NCBI GenBank assembly: GCA_963702425.1
Contig: CAVPCQ010000037.1
Location: 64,001-128,000, forward strand
Length of the DNA: 64,000 bases
Origin: an uncultured Acidobacteriota bacterium
GTDB taxonomy: Bacteria > Acidobacteriota > Polarisedimenticolia > J045
Direction of reading: 5' to 3'
In this document: positions 34,772 through 45,182 of the stretch, piece by piece
Layout: the number at the start of each line of letters is the position of its first letter
How positions within the stretch are numbered: the first letter of the stretch is position 1
The notes under the pieces: generated by a model
What the model was told of the DNA's origin: nothing
What the model saw: the letters and a program-made list of their open reading frames with translations, nothing else
Databases searched by the model: none
Program-made: the position numbers and the translations under genes

Positions 34772-35190
34772 ATGAGCACGAGAGGTCAGATCGCGAAGTC
34801 TCACGCCGCGGCTCGCTGCGGCCACTACGGGCTCGCCAGCAAGGTAGCGCAGGTGTCGCAGAGCGATAGGCAGTTGCAGACGACGGCGCAGTCCTGGCTG
34901 CCAGAGGAGGCTCGGGCGATCTACCTCGCAGCGCTCGAGGCGCTGGTAGGTAGGGCAGGTGTAGAGGCGGTAGAGGTACTGTGCGGGTACGCGCTGGCGG
35001 TGGCAGAGCTGCGCCGGCAGACGGCGGCGGCGCGACAGAACAGGGCGGCGATCAGGGCAGAGCACGCGTGGTGCTGGCCTACGCGACGGCGCTCGGGCTA
35101 AGCTCTGCCGGCAGGGCTAGTCTACGAGAGCTGAAACAGGTTGATCAGATGACAGAGCGCGAGGCGACGATCGCCTCGCTGATTAGATGA
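34772..35190 (+). pseudogene. Terminase small subunit-like remnant
   Basis: GGAGG RBS; LPEEARAIY...LCGYALAVAE... then frameshift to LGLSSAGRASL, resembling P27-type LGLTPxxRxxL. Confidence 0.55.
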
Positions 35191-35700
35191 AAGGAGACGG
35201 AAATGCAGATAGGGTTGAATGTGACAGAGAGCCGCAGTACGGTGCGCCACACGGAGAAGACGCACTGATTCAAAGACGCCGCTCTGAGCGCGGCTGTACG
35301 ACTGGGCGCAGATTCGCTGTGCCGCTGTGGCAGGCCGGACAAGCCGGGTCACGAACAATGCCTAGTCGCGCTCGCGACGCTGGCGATAACGCACCTCAAG
35401 CTGTTGCGGGGGGTGCTGGCGGCCGGCGACGCGGACGCGGTGCGGCGAGACTACACAGAGACGGCGACGGTACTGAAGCTCGAGGCGGAGCTGCTAGAGG
35501 AGTTGGTGCGGACGCGGGTGAACGCGCCGCAGGGCTAGACCGCGCAGAAGGTGACGAAAGAGATTCGCCGTCTCGACGACGGTAGTTTCATCATAGAGGA
35601 ACGGACCGCGTGAACCTGACCACGAACACCCAACGAGGGGCGTCTGCGAAATCTCTGTCGGCCCCGACACCGCGCCAGAGGGCGCACGAAGGGACAGACC

Positions 35701-36968
35701 ATGAGTGACGCACGAATCAGCGAGCTGGTACAGGAAGAGGTAGCGGCCTACTGGAGCAAGCAGAAGTACAGGAGGCCGGACGAGGTGAGCGAGGCGGTGG
35801 CAGCGTAGAAGCGGGTAGTGACGCGGCGGGCTACCGGGGCAGGGCGGGGTCGGCGAAGATGGAGGCGATCTTCCCGGCGCTAGAATCCGGGATGACAGGT
35901 AGGCCGCTGCCGGTGAAGCCGCTGGCGCAGCGCGGGGCGGAGGCGGCCCGGCACGCCGGGGACTTCTGGAGTGACCTGCGAGCGGCGGCGCTGGACCATC
36001 TGTCCGGTCAGAGGGTAGCGCAGGGGCTGCTGGCGGCGGCCACGGGGCTCGGTCAGCAGGTTCAGAGCGAGGGCGGCTACCTGACGCCCCCGCAGCAGGC
36101 GTCCGCGATCTGGGACGCGCTGAACAGCAGTGTCAACGCGCTGTCGACGCTGTGCGACAACCACACCGTCACCGGCGAGTCGCTGAGCCTGCCGGCGAAC
36201 GCGGAGACGAGCCGAGTGCAAGGCAGCCTGTACGGCGGTCTGACGACCTACTGGGTAAACGAGGCAGACCAGATCACGGCGAGCAAGCAGAAGTTCCGGC
36301 TGCTGAAGCTAGAGCCGCAAGAGCTGATCGCTCTGTGCTACGTGAAGGACAAGGTACTGAACAACAGCGGCGAGGCGCTGGGCGCGTACCTGGAAGTCGC
36401 GGCAGGGATAGCGCTCGGGCACAGGCTAGACGCGGCGATAGCGGGAGGGATAGGGACAGGCCAGCGGCTAGGGCTCCTCAACGCGGCGTACACGGTGTCG
36501 GTAGCTAAGGAAGGCGGTCAGGCGGCGGCAACGGTAGTGCCGCAGAACGTCGCGAAGATGGTAGCGCGGCTGCATCACGGGGCGCACGGGACGGCGCGGT
36601 GGATCATGCACCCGACGGTGTACGCGCAGCTGCTACAGTTGGTGACCACGACGGCGGTCGGGAAGGGCGGGTACAACCTGTTAGATCCGGCGACGCGGAC
36701 GCTGGCTGGCTTCCCGCTCACGGTGACAGACGTGCTGCCGGTGCTCGGGAAGGTAGGAGACCTGATACTGTGGGATCAGACGAGCTACGCGGTCGGGAAG
36801 CGCGGGACTGAGCAGGCGGTGAGCATCCACGTCCGCTTCGACTACGGGGAGAGCGCCTACCGCTTCAAGCTCTCAGTAGACGGCCAGCAGTGGCTAGACT
36901 ACGAGATCACGCCGGCGGTGGGGTAAGACACTCTGAGCACGGCAGTGACGCTGGCGACGAGGACCTAG
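35701..36968 (+). pseudogene. HK97-type major capsid protein, disrupted
   Basis: SEGGYL, YWVNEADQITASK, SIHVRFDYGESAYRF; ORF 35859-36926 continues after TAA as DTLSTAVTLATRT; N-terminus has a TAG and a frameshift. Confidence 0.85.
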
Positions 36969-36971
36969 GCC

Positions 36972-37451
36972 ATGTTAGCGAAGCAGAAGAAACGAGAAGT
37001 GATAGTGCGCACGTCGCGCGGGACGCTGGCAGAGCAGTTGGCAGCGCTCCGCGCGGCGCGGCGAGGCAGTCTGGCTGGGGTAGAGCAGAAGCGGCACGCG
37101 GCGGCGGTAGAGGCGGCGCGTCTGATGGACGCGTCTTTCCTCGCGATGCAGAAGCTCAGAGCGGTAGATTCAGAGGCGCACGGGGTAGAGTACGGTCTCG
37201 ACCTGGAGGAGCACGAGCTCTCGTGCAGGCTGGCAGACACGGCGTCGCCGGTGATAGACGAGTATCTCGAAGCGCTCGACGCGTGGTGGCAGAAGCACCG
37301 CCACGAAGTGCCGGAGGCAGGGCCGGACGAGACAGACGCAGAGGCGAGGGCGGCGCACCGCCGGCGGGTAGCACGGTTCCACGAGGTACGGCGCGAGGTG
37401 CTCGAGCTGCGCGTCGCCGAAGTTCCAGACCTGCATGACCGGCTCGGATAG
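36972..37451 (+). CDS. Hypothetical element protein
   Basis: 159-aa ORF starting 3 nt after the reconstructed capsid stop. Confidence 0.55.
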   Translation: MLAKQKKREVIVRTSRGTLAEQLAALRAARRGSLAGVEQKRHAAAVEAARLMDASFLAMQKLRAVDSEAHGVEYGLDLEEHELSCRLADTASPVIDEYLEALDAWWQKHRHEVPEAGPDETDAEARAAHRRRVARFHEVRREVLELRVAEVPDLHDRLG

Positions 37452-37647
37452 TTCGCGCGGGAGATCGGTCTCGCGTGGATGCCGCCGCTGCCGGTGGCCT
37501 GACGAGGGGGCGGTAGTGACAGCGCGGGCCGCTCTGCTGGGTACCGGTCTCCTGGTAGAGCCGGTCCCGGTTGTACGACCCGCGCGGATTCTCTCCGGGG
37601 GACCTGGTCGCATCGCGCGGCAGGGCCCCGCAGTTACGGAGGTGTTC

Positions 37648-37863
37648 ATGCGTGACGTGAGCGAGGCGCAGCGCCGGACGGCCGAACGGGCGGCGGCGCG
37701 GATCTTGGCGGACCTGCCGGGGATCATCGCGGCCGGCCGCGCCATGGGCGGCGACGTGGGCGCGGTGGCGGCGCTGGCGCTGCTGTTCGGGGAGTTGAGC
37801 AGGCGCGGCGTGCTGCCGGCGGAGCTACGAGACCCGGGACCGACGCCGGAGGTGCTGGCGTGA
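37648..37863 (+). CDS. Small hypothetical element protein
   Basis: GGAGG RBS, ATG at 37648, stop overlaps the next GTG. Confidence 0.5.
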   Translation: MRDVSEAQRRTAERAAARILADLPGIIAAGRAMGGDVGAVAALALLFGELSRRGVLPAELRDPGPTPEVLA

Positions 37864-38389
37864 GCACGCTCGACAAGGTTCTCAGGGTGCAAGAGTTGTA
37901 CCGGACCGGGGTGTCCCGCTTCACTCTGCCGTCGCTGGACCGGCCGTTGAGCGACGCCGACCCGGACGGGCTGGCGCTGATCGACGTACTGCGGTCGCCC
38001 GACCCGTCACGGAGGCCGAGGCCGTAGACGCCGACCTGCGGCGCCGGCTGGCCGACCGGATGATGGCGCGGCTCGACGATCGGCAGCGGGCAGTGCTGTT
38101 CGCCCGGTTCAGCGGCTGGACGCTGGAAGATACCGGACGGTACTGCGGGCTGTAGCGCGAGCGAGTGCGCCAAGTCGAGCGCGAAGCCGGCGCGAAGTTG
38201 GCGGCCGAGGACTGGCCGCCCCCGGAGCCGATGCCGCTCGGCCGGCCGCGTAGCGAGCACCCCGAGGCCGACCCGCGGCACGCCCGGATGCGCGAGCTGT
38301 GGGATCGGCTGCGCAGCCTTCGCTGCTATCGAACGAACGCGAGCGGCTGGAGGCCGAGCACCGGGAGCTGGCCGCGGCGCTCCGGGTAG
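37860..38389 (+). pseudogene. sigma70 region 3.2/4-only protein, disrupted
   Basis: SLDRPLSDADPDGLALIDVL...LDDRQRAVLFARF.GWTLEDTGRYCGL*RERVRQVE; frameshift near 38009, TAG at 38153. Confidence 0.75.
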
Positions 38390-38604
38390 AGGGACCGCGC
38401 CGGTGACGAACCTCCGCAGGATCTACGCGCTGCCCCGCAGCCTGCGGTGCGGGATCGACGCGATCGCTTGGAGAGAACGGCACGCATTCCCGATCCCGCC
38501 CGAGCGCGTCGAGCTGACGGCCCCTATCGGCAGCGAGCCGGCCGAGATTCTGGGCGGCATCGCCGAACGGATGGCGCAATGACGGCCGCCGCTCGGAGCG
38601 GCTG

Positions 38605-39563
38605 TCAATACGGTTCCTCTTCCTTCTTCTCAGGTTTTTCCAGGCGCAGCTTCACTTTCAAGGCAGCGCACTCGGTGGCATTGAAACCGACTTTTTCAAG
38701 GAACCTCGACTCACCCATCGCATCCGCTTTGACTAGCAGTTCCTCCGGTGTTTCAGATTCCGTAATAACCATAGCGCCGGCAGTTCGAAACTCCAGCAAT
38801 GGACTCAATGCGAGCACATCTAAGCGCTTTCTGGCCTTCTTGAGGTCTTAGAACGGATGCGTCGCGGAACAGACGTCGCCCAAGTCAACTTCATCTGTCG
38901 CGGAACCGTATTTGAGGAACTCCGGTGTATAGAGCACTGTCGGGGTTGACGCTCTATACGGCAATTCGATATTCGTGGTCAGATACTCTGCTCGTGTGAT
39001 AGCGCGGACTCGTTCTAGAATCTCCTCTGCGATTTCCCTAAGATCTCGTTGCGATTTCCCACCCCCTGCTTTCGGAAGTTCCGCAGCGATCGCACTGAGA
39101 CTCTTCTCCAGTTCAGGCCACCAGACACGAGCAATGTGTCTTATCACTTCCTCGGGCTTCCTGGATTCATCTGGCTGTGCCCTGTTTAGGGCGAGTAACA
39201 GGTCGCGGGTTCCATCCTTGTCCGCATCTACTGCCTGGAACTGCCCGAGAGGCGCGGACAGGTCCGCCTTGTTGATGCCGATTAGGTACGGACAAACAAG
39301 CGAACCGGCGAGGTCTCTGGCGATCGCGCCGGCCTCGAAGTGCACCCATGGCGCGTCCTTGTTCTCCGGCGTGAGACATACAACCGCGATCCTAGAACTC
39401 GCGAGTCGATCTGCGAGCGCTACCGCTCATCGGCTGCTCGCAGAAATATCACTGGAAGAAACCGTCTCAAGTTTAGCATCGCTCGTTCGAGCTATTTCGC
39501 GAGCGCTTGTGCCACTAACTTGCTTCGGTTGCAGGACCACGAGATGAAGACGCTCACGCTCAT
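38605..39563 (-). pseudogene. TIR-domain protein, disrupted
   Basis: MSVSVFISWS..RSK.VAQAL; CLTPENKDAPWVHFEAGAIA; PLGQFQA; several stops; 38605-38817 is in frame after TAA at 38848. Confidence 0.8.
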
Positions 39564-41167
39564 TCGCACACCTCGCAACGTCGTAACGGAGCGATCGGGG
39601 CTGTGACACACACTTGTGCAAGGGGTTGGGCTCTGGCTCGCACGTCACGTCGCTGGCTTGTCTGCAAGGGAGATGCTTGCGAAATGAGGGTTGGCGGTCA
39701 AGGGGTCGCGGGGAACGTCTGTACAGACATGTATAGAGCTCTGGCGCTGCTCTGACTGGGTTGGGTATGGCGCTGATCTCGCTGGTTGGTTGGGGCGCTG
39801 CTCTACAGTTGTCTCGGGGGTGGCGTCTAGAACGGGTGAGGTACGCGGTTTATAGAGCGACATAGATCTGGACGGAGCGAACGCATTATTCTTTGTGCGC
39901 TCACTTACAGAAAGGAACATCAGTCTCTTCTGCTCGCCTCTTTGTTCTCTCTATTGCGCTGAGAATGTAATAGACAGATAGCTCAAGCACCACAAGGGTG
40001 ACGTAGCAACAGACGGCAAAGGAATGTCGATATAAGAATGTAGTGGCTTGGCTCATGATCTAGAGAGCGAGGTAGGGAAAAAATAGAAACATAAAGGTAC
40101 GAATGAGTATCGTACACGGGACTAGCACGATCATGCGAAGCACATACGAAGTTTTCTCGGAGCGGCTCATGTCAGGCCAGAACTTCATGATAGTGTAAAT
40201 GGTGCGCTGGCAAGATGGGCATCGGACAATAGGCGGGATAATCACTCTTTGGCGTAGAAGGACGTCTCGAGGACGTGGTTACAGTGGGGACACGTGTAGT
40301 TCGAGTTCGTATCTGATCTTCTCTAGGCAACTAGACAGGAACGTTCTACAAAACTATTTGTGAGCAGGGCTATGCTCTTTCGCTCGTCACTCGCTGGAGA
40401 GGTATGCTCGCGCTGTCAGCTCACTAAGACGGTGACGGGGTTATCGGACATCGCAGCGTCTACTAGACGGTGCATTTTTTGATATTGATAGCGTTAGGCT
40501 TCGTAGCTGCTTGATCTCGCAAGGATGGACGATTGCAATAGCTAATAGAAGAAGAGGGCCATCTAGAACAGCATCTCAATAGAAAACAATAGTAGTCTGA
40601 GAGCGGTGCTTACAGAAGATAGAGATTGCACAACAAGTGATCAGCGAGGTTTGGAACGCAAACATCAGGGAGTTGCTTTCTTGGGTGCGTCGTATAGGAG
40701 TAGAAGAACATATACGGCGCTGCTGCGACTCTGTATGCTCACATCGTGGCGGCTCAACTGGGATTGATGCTGGGGTGTCGGTCAGAGAGATAAAAACGGC
40801 TCAGACAGAGACGACAATCAACACGAATTTGTAGGCGATTTCTAAGAAGATAAGGACGAGCGCAGTCTCTCACGCTCGCGGGCTGCCGCATACTGGGATG
40901 CGGACCCAGGAGGTATGACGGCACATGGCTAGAGTAAGGGCTGGGACGCTGCTGAGTAGGAAGGCGATTACAACGAAGATTAAGTGCACTTCGCTTGCAG
41001 GAAAAGTGAGATTGCTGATATCGGCACGGACAAGAATGCAGCTGCGAGGATCACTACAGGATGTTCGCGACGAGGGGGGGAATACTAGGGGGATATAGAT
41101 TGGGGACGCGTCTTATGACTATACACGTTCAGCTTATGATGTGCTACGCATGTCGAACAGACAATAC

Positions 41168-41617
41168 TCAGCTCGATGATGCGGGTTCGTAGATGTTGGT
41201 GCTGCACAGTGACATCTCAGGGCTCCCATCTCTTGCGCAGGTTCTCGTGCTGCTGACGACTCGCGTTATCTCGACGGTTTTCAAACTCTTGGTCTGAGGC
41301 GCGTTCTGGCAGTTCGGGCAGGAACGATAGCTGTTCGTCTTGACAATCAGGTGAACGAGTTTCCGCTGCGTGTAGAGACAGTTGGAACAGAAGGGCTCTC
41401 GGTTGTCGTTAGTACAGATGGCGTTGTCTTCGAATAGAGTGGTCGCGCGAATCTCAAGGTGCTCTTTGAGTGTCAGATTCTCGGCCTCCAATTCGGCGAT
41501 CTTCTTCTGTGCGTCGCTCAGATCGTCCACGACCACAAGGAGCGCCTGTTTGGGTTCGAGGTTGGCAATCCCCTTACTGACCTCGAGGATCGTCTTTATC
41601 GAGTCAATGAGCTCTAT
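41168..41617 (-). pseudogene. Coiled-coil plus CxxC...CxxC phage-associated protein; start codon reads ATA
   Basis: GGAGG-ccac-ATA in frame with ORF 41168-41536; PFCSNC...CPNC. Confidence 0.55.
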
Positions 41618-41810
41618 GTGGCCTCCCGAATGTTAGACCGCATGGTACGATCTTACTCGAAGCGGGACCGCCGAGCGTTGATAGCGCGCGACGGCCCCTA
41701 ACGCAAGGCGTGAAAGGCCACGCGATGCGCTGTCCCGATTGTAACCAACTTCACCGCAAACGGGGACCGCTTGCGCCGTCGTGCGCTGCCCGCGCGCGGA
41801 GGGCGTCTTA

Positions 41811-42932
41811 ATGTCCAAGCGAAAGGTGCGGCGGTACGGAAGCGGCGCGGTGCAGCAACTCCCGTCCGGCTCGTGGCGGGCGCGGTTGCGCGCGGCCGGG
41901 CAGACCGTCGGCCGGACGTTTGCGACCCGCGAAAAGGCCGAAGAGTGGCTTCGGCAGTCGTCGCCGGGGGTCGCGGTCGCGAACGTGTTCGGGCTTCCGG
42001 ACCGGGGCGAGAGGCCAGACTGCACCTTCGCCGAGGCGGCCGAGTTGCTGCCGGCGGCGTGGGCGGCGCGCGGTCGGACGGCGGACAGTATCCGCGGTTA
42101 CCGCTCGCACCTGACGGCGGCGATGAAGGACTGGGGGCCGCGGCGGATCGCCGACACCCGACCGGCAGCAGTTTCACGTCTGGATCGCCGCCGAGCAGAA
42201 TGCCGGCCGGGCCAACCGAACGATCCTGCAACGGCTGGTGCAGTTGTCACAGTGCGATGAAGGCCGCCGTTGACGCCGGCTGGCTTCCCGGCGGTGCCCT
42301 GCGCGGTTCCGCGGCCCCGCGTCGTGGCGAAGTCGGAGCGCACCTGCACCCCGGAGCCGCAGTTCGAGAAGCTGCTCAAGGCCGCCACGAAGACGAAGGA
42401 CCCCCGGCACCTGGCGCTGCTGCTGCTGGCCGCGGACGCCGGGCTGCGCCGCGGAGAAATCGGCCGCGTGCTCGGCCGGCACGTCCGGCTCGGGGGCGAC
42501 GGGATCACGTCGTGGGGCACGATCCACGTCGCGGTGATCTCGGAGACCAGCCGCACCAAGTCGGGGAAGGGGCGGACGGTCCCGATCCTCTCGGCCCGGC
42601 TGGCGGACGCGCTCCGGGCCGTCTTCCCGCCAGCAGACGAGACGGTCCTGCGGCTGACGGCGCACGGCGTCCGGCTGCTGTCCGATGATCTCTGGACGGC
42701 GGCCAAGCTAGGGCCCGGCTCCCGGCTCCACGAGCTGCGGCACCGATGGGTGACCCGGCTGCTGGACGCCGGGGTCCCGGCGGTCACGGTCCAGTCGTGG
42801 GCCGGGCACGCGAGCGTGACCACGACGGAGAAGTATCATCACGGGGCCGCGGAACCGACCGCGGTAGCCGCGGCCGCGGTCGTTTCTGGAAAACGTGACA
42901 CGAAAGGACACGCGGTCAAGCTAAGTCGTTGA
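41811..42932 (+). pseudogene. Tyrosine recombinase/integrase with frameshifts at ~42160-42290
   Basis: YGSGAV.QLPSGSWRAR arm-binding domain; GLRRGE, TKSGKGR, HELRH, WAGHAS..TTEKY catalytic motifs. Confidence 0.88.
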
Positions 42933-42933
42933 T

Positions 42934-43009
42934 GGGCCGTTAGCTCAGTCGGTAGAGCAGCGGACTTTTAATCCGCCGGTCGCTGGTTCGAGTCCAGCAC
43001 GGCTCACCA
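42934..43009 (+). tRNA. tRNA-Lys(UUU), overlapping the right att site
   Basis: GGGCCGTTAGCTCAG...GCGGA-CTTTTAA-TCCGC...GGTTCGAGTCC...CTCACCA, 76 nt. Confidence 0.97.
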
Positions 43010-43158
43010 CACCGCGCCGCCGGGCGCCATACAGGGAGCGGTTGCCCCGTTCGTAAGGCCCCCGTCCGACCTCGCGGCCGTTTGTCCAACTTGACAGCGG
43101 ACGCAGGGCCGATTAACTCCTGTGACACCGCGGCCGGCAGGTCCGCACGGAGAGAACC

Positions 43159-43872
43159 ATGTATTTCGATCCGCTCTACTGGGTCGTCATCGGCGTCGGG
43201 ATGGCGTTCAGCCTCTGGGCCCAGTTCCGCGTCAAGTCGACCTTCGCCAAGTACTCCCAGCTCCCGACCCGGGCCGGCCTCAGCGGAGCCGACGTCGCGA
43301 GGAACATCCTGCAGGCGAACGGCATCCACGACGTCACCGTGGAACCGGTCCCGGGCGCGCTCACCGACCACTACGACCCGCGGGCGAAGGTGCTCCGCCT
43401 GTCGGAGCCCGTCTTCGGCGGCCGCAGCATGGCGGCGGCGGGGATCGCCGCGCACGAAGTCGGCCACGCGATCCAGCACGCGACGGGGAACGCCTTCCTC
43501 AAGTTCCGCTCGGCGTGGGTGCCGGTGGCAAACCTCGGCGGCGGGATCTCGATGTTCGTCATCATCGCGGCGCTCTTCTTGGGCGGCACCGCGACCGCCC
43601 TGGGCGGCAAGCTCGCGATCCTCGGCGTCGCGCTGTTCGCCACCACGACGGTCTTCACGCTCGTCACGCTGCCGGTCGAGTTCGACGCCAGCCGGCGCGC
43701 GCTGGCCACGCTGCAGCAGGGCGGCATGATGTCCGGCGAGGAGCTGGGGGGGGCGAAGAAGGTGCTCGACGCGGCGGCCATGACCTACATCGCGGCGGCC
43801 GCGACGTCGCTCGTCACGCTGCTCTACTACGCCTTCCAGCTCGGTCTTTTCGGCGGGCGACGGAGCGACTAG
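43159..43872 (+). CDS. Membrane zinc metallopeptidase (YugP-like)
   Basis: LTDHYDP, AAHEVGHAIQH, TLPVEFDASRRA, AAAMTYIAA. Confidence 0.92.
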   Translation: MYFDPLYWVVIGVGMAFSLWAQFRVKSTFAKYSQLPTRAGLSGADVARNILQANGIHDVTVEPVPGALTDHYDPRAKVLRLSEPVFGGRSMAAAGIAAHEVGHAIQHATGNAFLKFRSAWVPVANLGGGISMFVIIAALFLGGTATALGGKLAILGVALFATTTVFTLVTLPVEFDASRRALATLQQGGMMSGEELGGAKKVLDAAAMTYIAAAATSLVTLLYYAFQLGLFGGRRSD

Positions 43873-44068
43873 CTCGGCAGCGAATCCCGCTGCCCGTCGA
43901 CACCGCGAGACCGTCGCTCAACGCGGCGGCCCGGCGTAGCCGCTCGCCGCCACACGCGGACGGGGCGGTGTCGCGTCCCAGCGGTCGTCGCCACCGACCG
44001 CCACGCGACACCCGTCGACGCCCGGGCCGCCCGCCCCGTATGATCCGCGCGCTTCCGCGGAGGAACGC

Positions 44069-45166
44069 ATGGCCCCGACAGAGACCGACCTCGGCCGCTT
44101 CCGGCGCTGGACGATGCTGCTCTACGTCGTCGGCATCACCGCTCTCTTCGTGGCGATGATCCGCGGCTACCTCGTGGCGCTGATCATGGCGGCGGTGCTG
44201 GCGGCGGTCTCGATGCCGGTTTTCCGGCGCCTTTCGCGCTGGTTCGGCGGCCGGCAGTCCCTCGCGGCGGCGCTCACCGTGGTGGTCATGCTGCTGGTCG
44301 TCGTGATCCCGCTGCTCGTGCTGCTGGGGATGATCGTGGCGCAGGGAGCGGAGGTGGCGGCCGACGTCACCCCCTGGATCCAGCGCCTCATCGACGACCC
44401 GGGGCCGACCGAGCAGGAGTTGATCCGCACCCTCGGGCTCCCCGATCGCTGGGGCCCGCAGATCCACCAGGGACTGACCAAGATCGGCCAGGTTTCGGAC
44501 CAGATCGGGAAGTTCGCGTTCGACGCGCTCTCGGGCGCGGCGGCGGGCGCGGCCGGCTTCCTGTTGCAGGTGTTCGTGGCGCTCTACGCCATGTTCTTCT
44601 TCCTGCTCGGCGGCCGGGCGCTGATCGAGCAGTTCATGCACTACCTGCCGGTCCCGCCGGAGGCGAAGAACCAGCTGATCGACCGCTTCGCGCTCGCGGC
44701 GCACGCGGTGATCAAAGGGACCTTCCTGATCGGGCTGATCCAGGGCGCACTCGGCGGCCTCGCGATCTGGGCCGCGGGGGTCCCCGGCGCCGTGTTCTGG
44801 GGCGCGGTGATGGCCGTGCTCTCGGTCCTTCCCGGCGTCGGGGCGACGCTCGTCTGGATCCCGGTCGCGATCTACCTGTTCGCCACCGGCCCACTCCTGC
44901 CCGGCGTGCTCTACGTTCTTTGGAACGCGGGCGTCGTCGGCAGCATCGACAACGTCCTGCGCCCGCGGCTGGTCGGGAAGGACATCCAGCTGCCCGACCT
45001 GATGATCCTGCTCGGTACGCTCGGCGGTCTGAAGGTCTTCGGCGCCGCGGGGCTGATCGTCGGCCCGATCGTCGCCGCGCTCTTCGTGACGATCTGGGAG
45101 ATCTACGGCACCGCCTTCGCGGACTACCTCGCGCCAGGGCCGCCGGATGCGGCGCCGCCCGCCTGA
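44069..45166 (+). CDS. AI-2E family transporter
   Basis: Multiple TM helices, DNVLRPRLVG, GGLKVFGAAGLIVGP. Confidence 0.9.
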   Translation: MAPTETDLGRFRRWTMLLYVVGITALFVAMIRGYLVALIMAAVLAAVSMPVFRRLSRWFGGRQSLAAALTVVVMLLVVVIPLLVLLGMIVAQGAEVAADVTPWIQRLIDDPGPTEQELIRTLGLPDRWGPQIHQGLTKIGQVSDQIGKFAFDALSGAAAGAAGFLLQVFVALYAMFFFLLGGRALIEQFMHYLPVPPEAKNQLIDRFALAAHAVIKGTFLIGLIQGALGGLAIWAAGVPGAVFWGAVMAVLSVLPGVGATLVWIPVAIYLFATGPLLPGVLYVLWNAGVVGSIDNVLRPRLVGKDIQLPDLMILLGTLGGLKVFGAAGLIVGPIVAALFVTIWEIYGTAFADYLAPGPPDAAPPA

Positions 45167-45182
45167 TAGAATCCCGCGCACC

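Larger units (their letters stand above)
31695..42972. mobile_element. Decayed integrative phage-satellite-like element in tRNA-Lys
   Basis: 40-bp direct repeats at 31695-31734 and 42933-42972; tyrosine integrase, excisionase, AAA helicase, terS-like and capsid genes; shifted composition. Confidence 0.9.

Noticed and set aside
32560-38389. Amber (TAG) recoding to Ser in the element
   Set aside because: TAGs fall at likely Ser positions, but TAA does too (36924), apparent Pro>Gln and Thr>Lys missense changes share the same C>A pattern, frameshifts are common and no suppressor tRNA is present; mutation explains the data better.
43872-44068. Nested hairpin between the peptidase and AI-2E genes
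   Set aside because: Single GC-rich hairpin with no second copy in the window; could be an ordinary terminator or chance structure.
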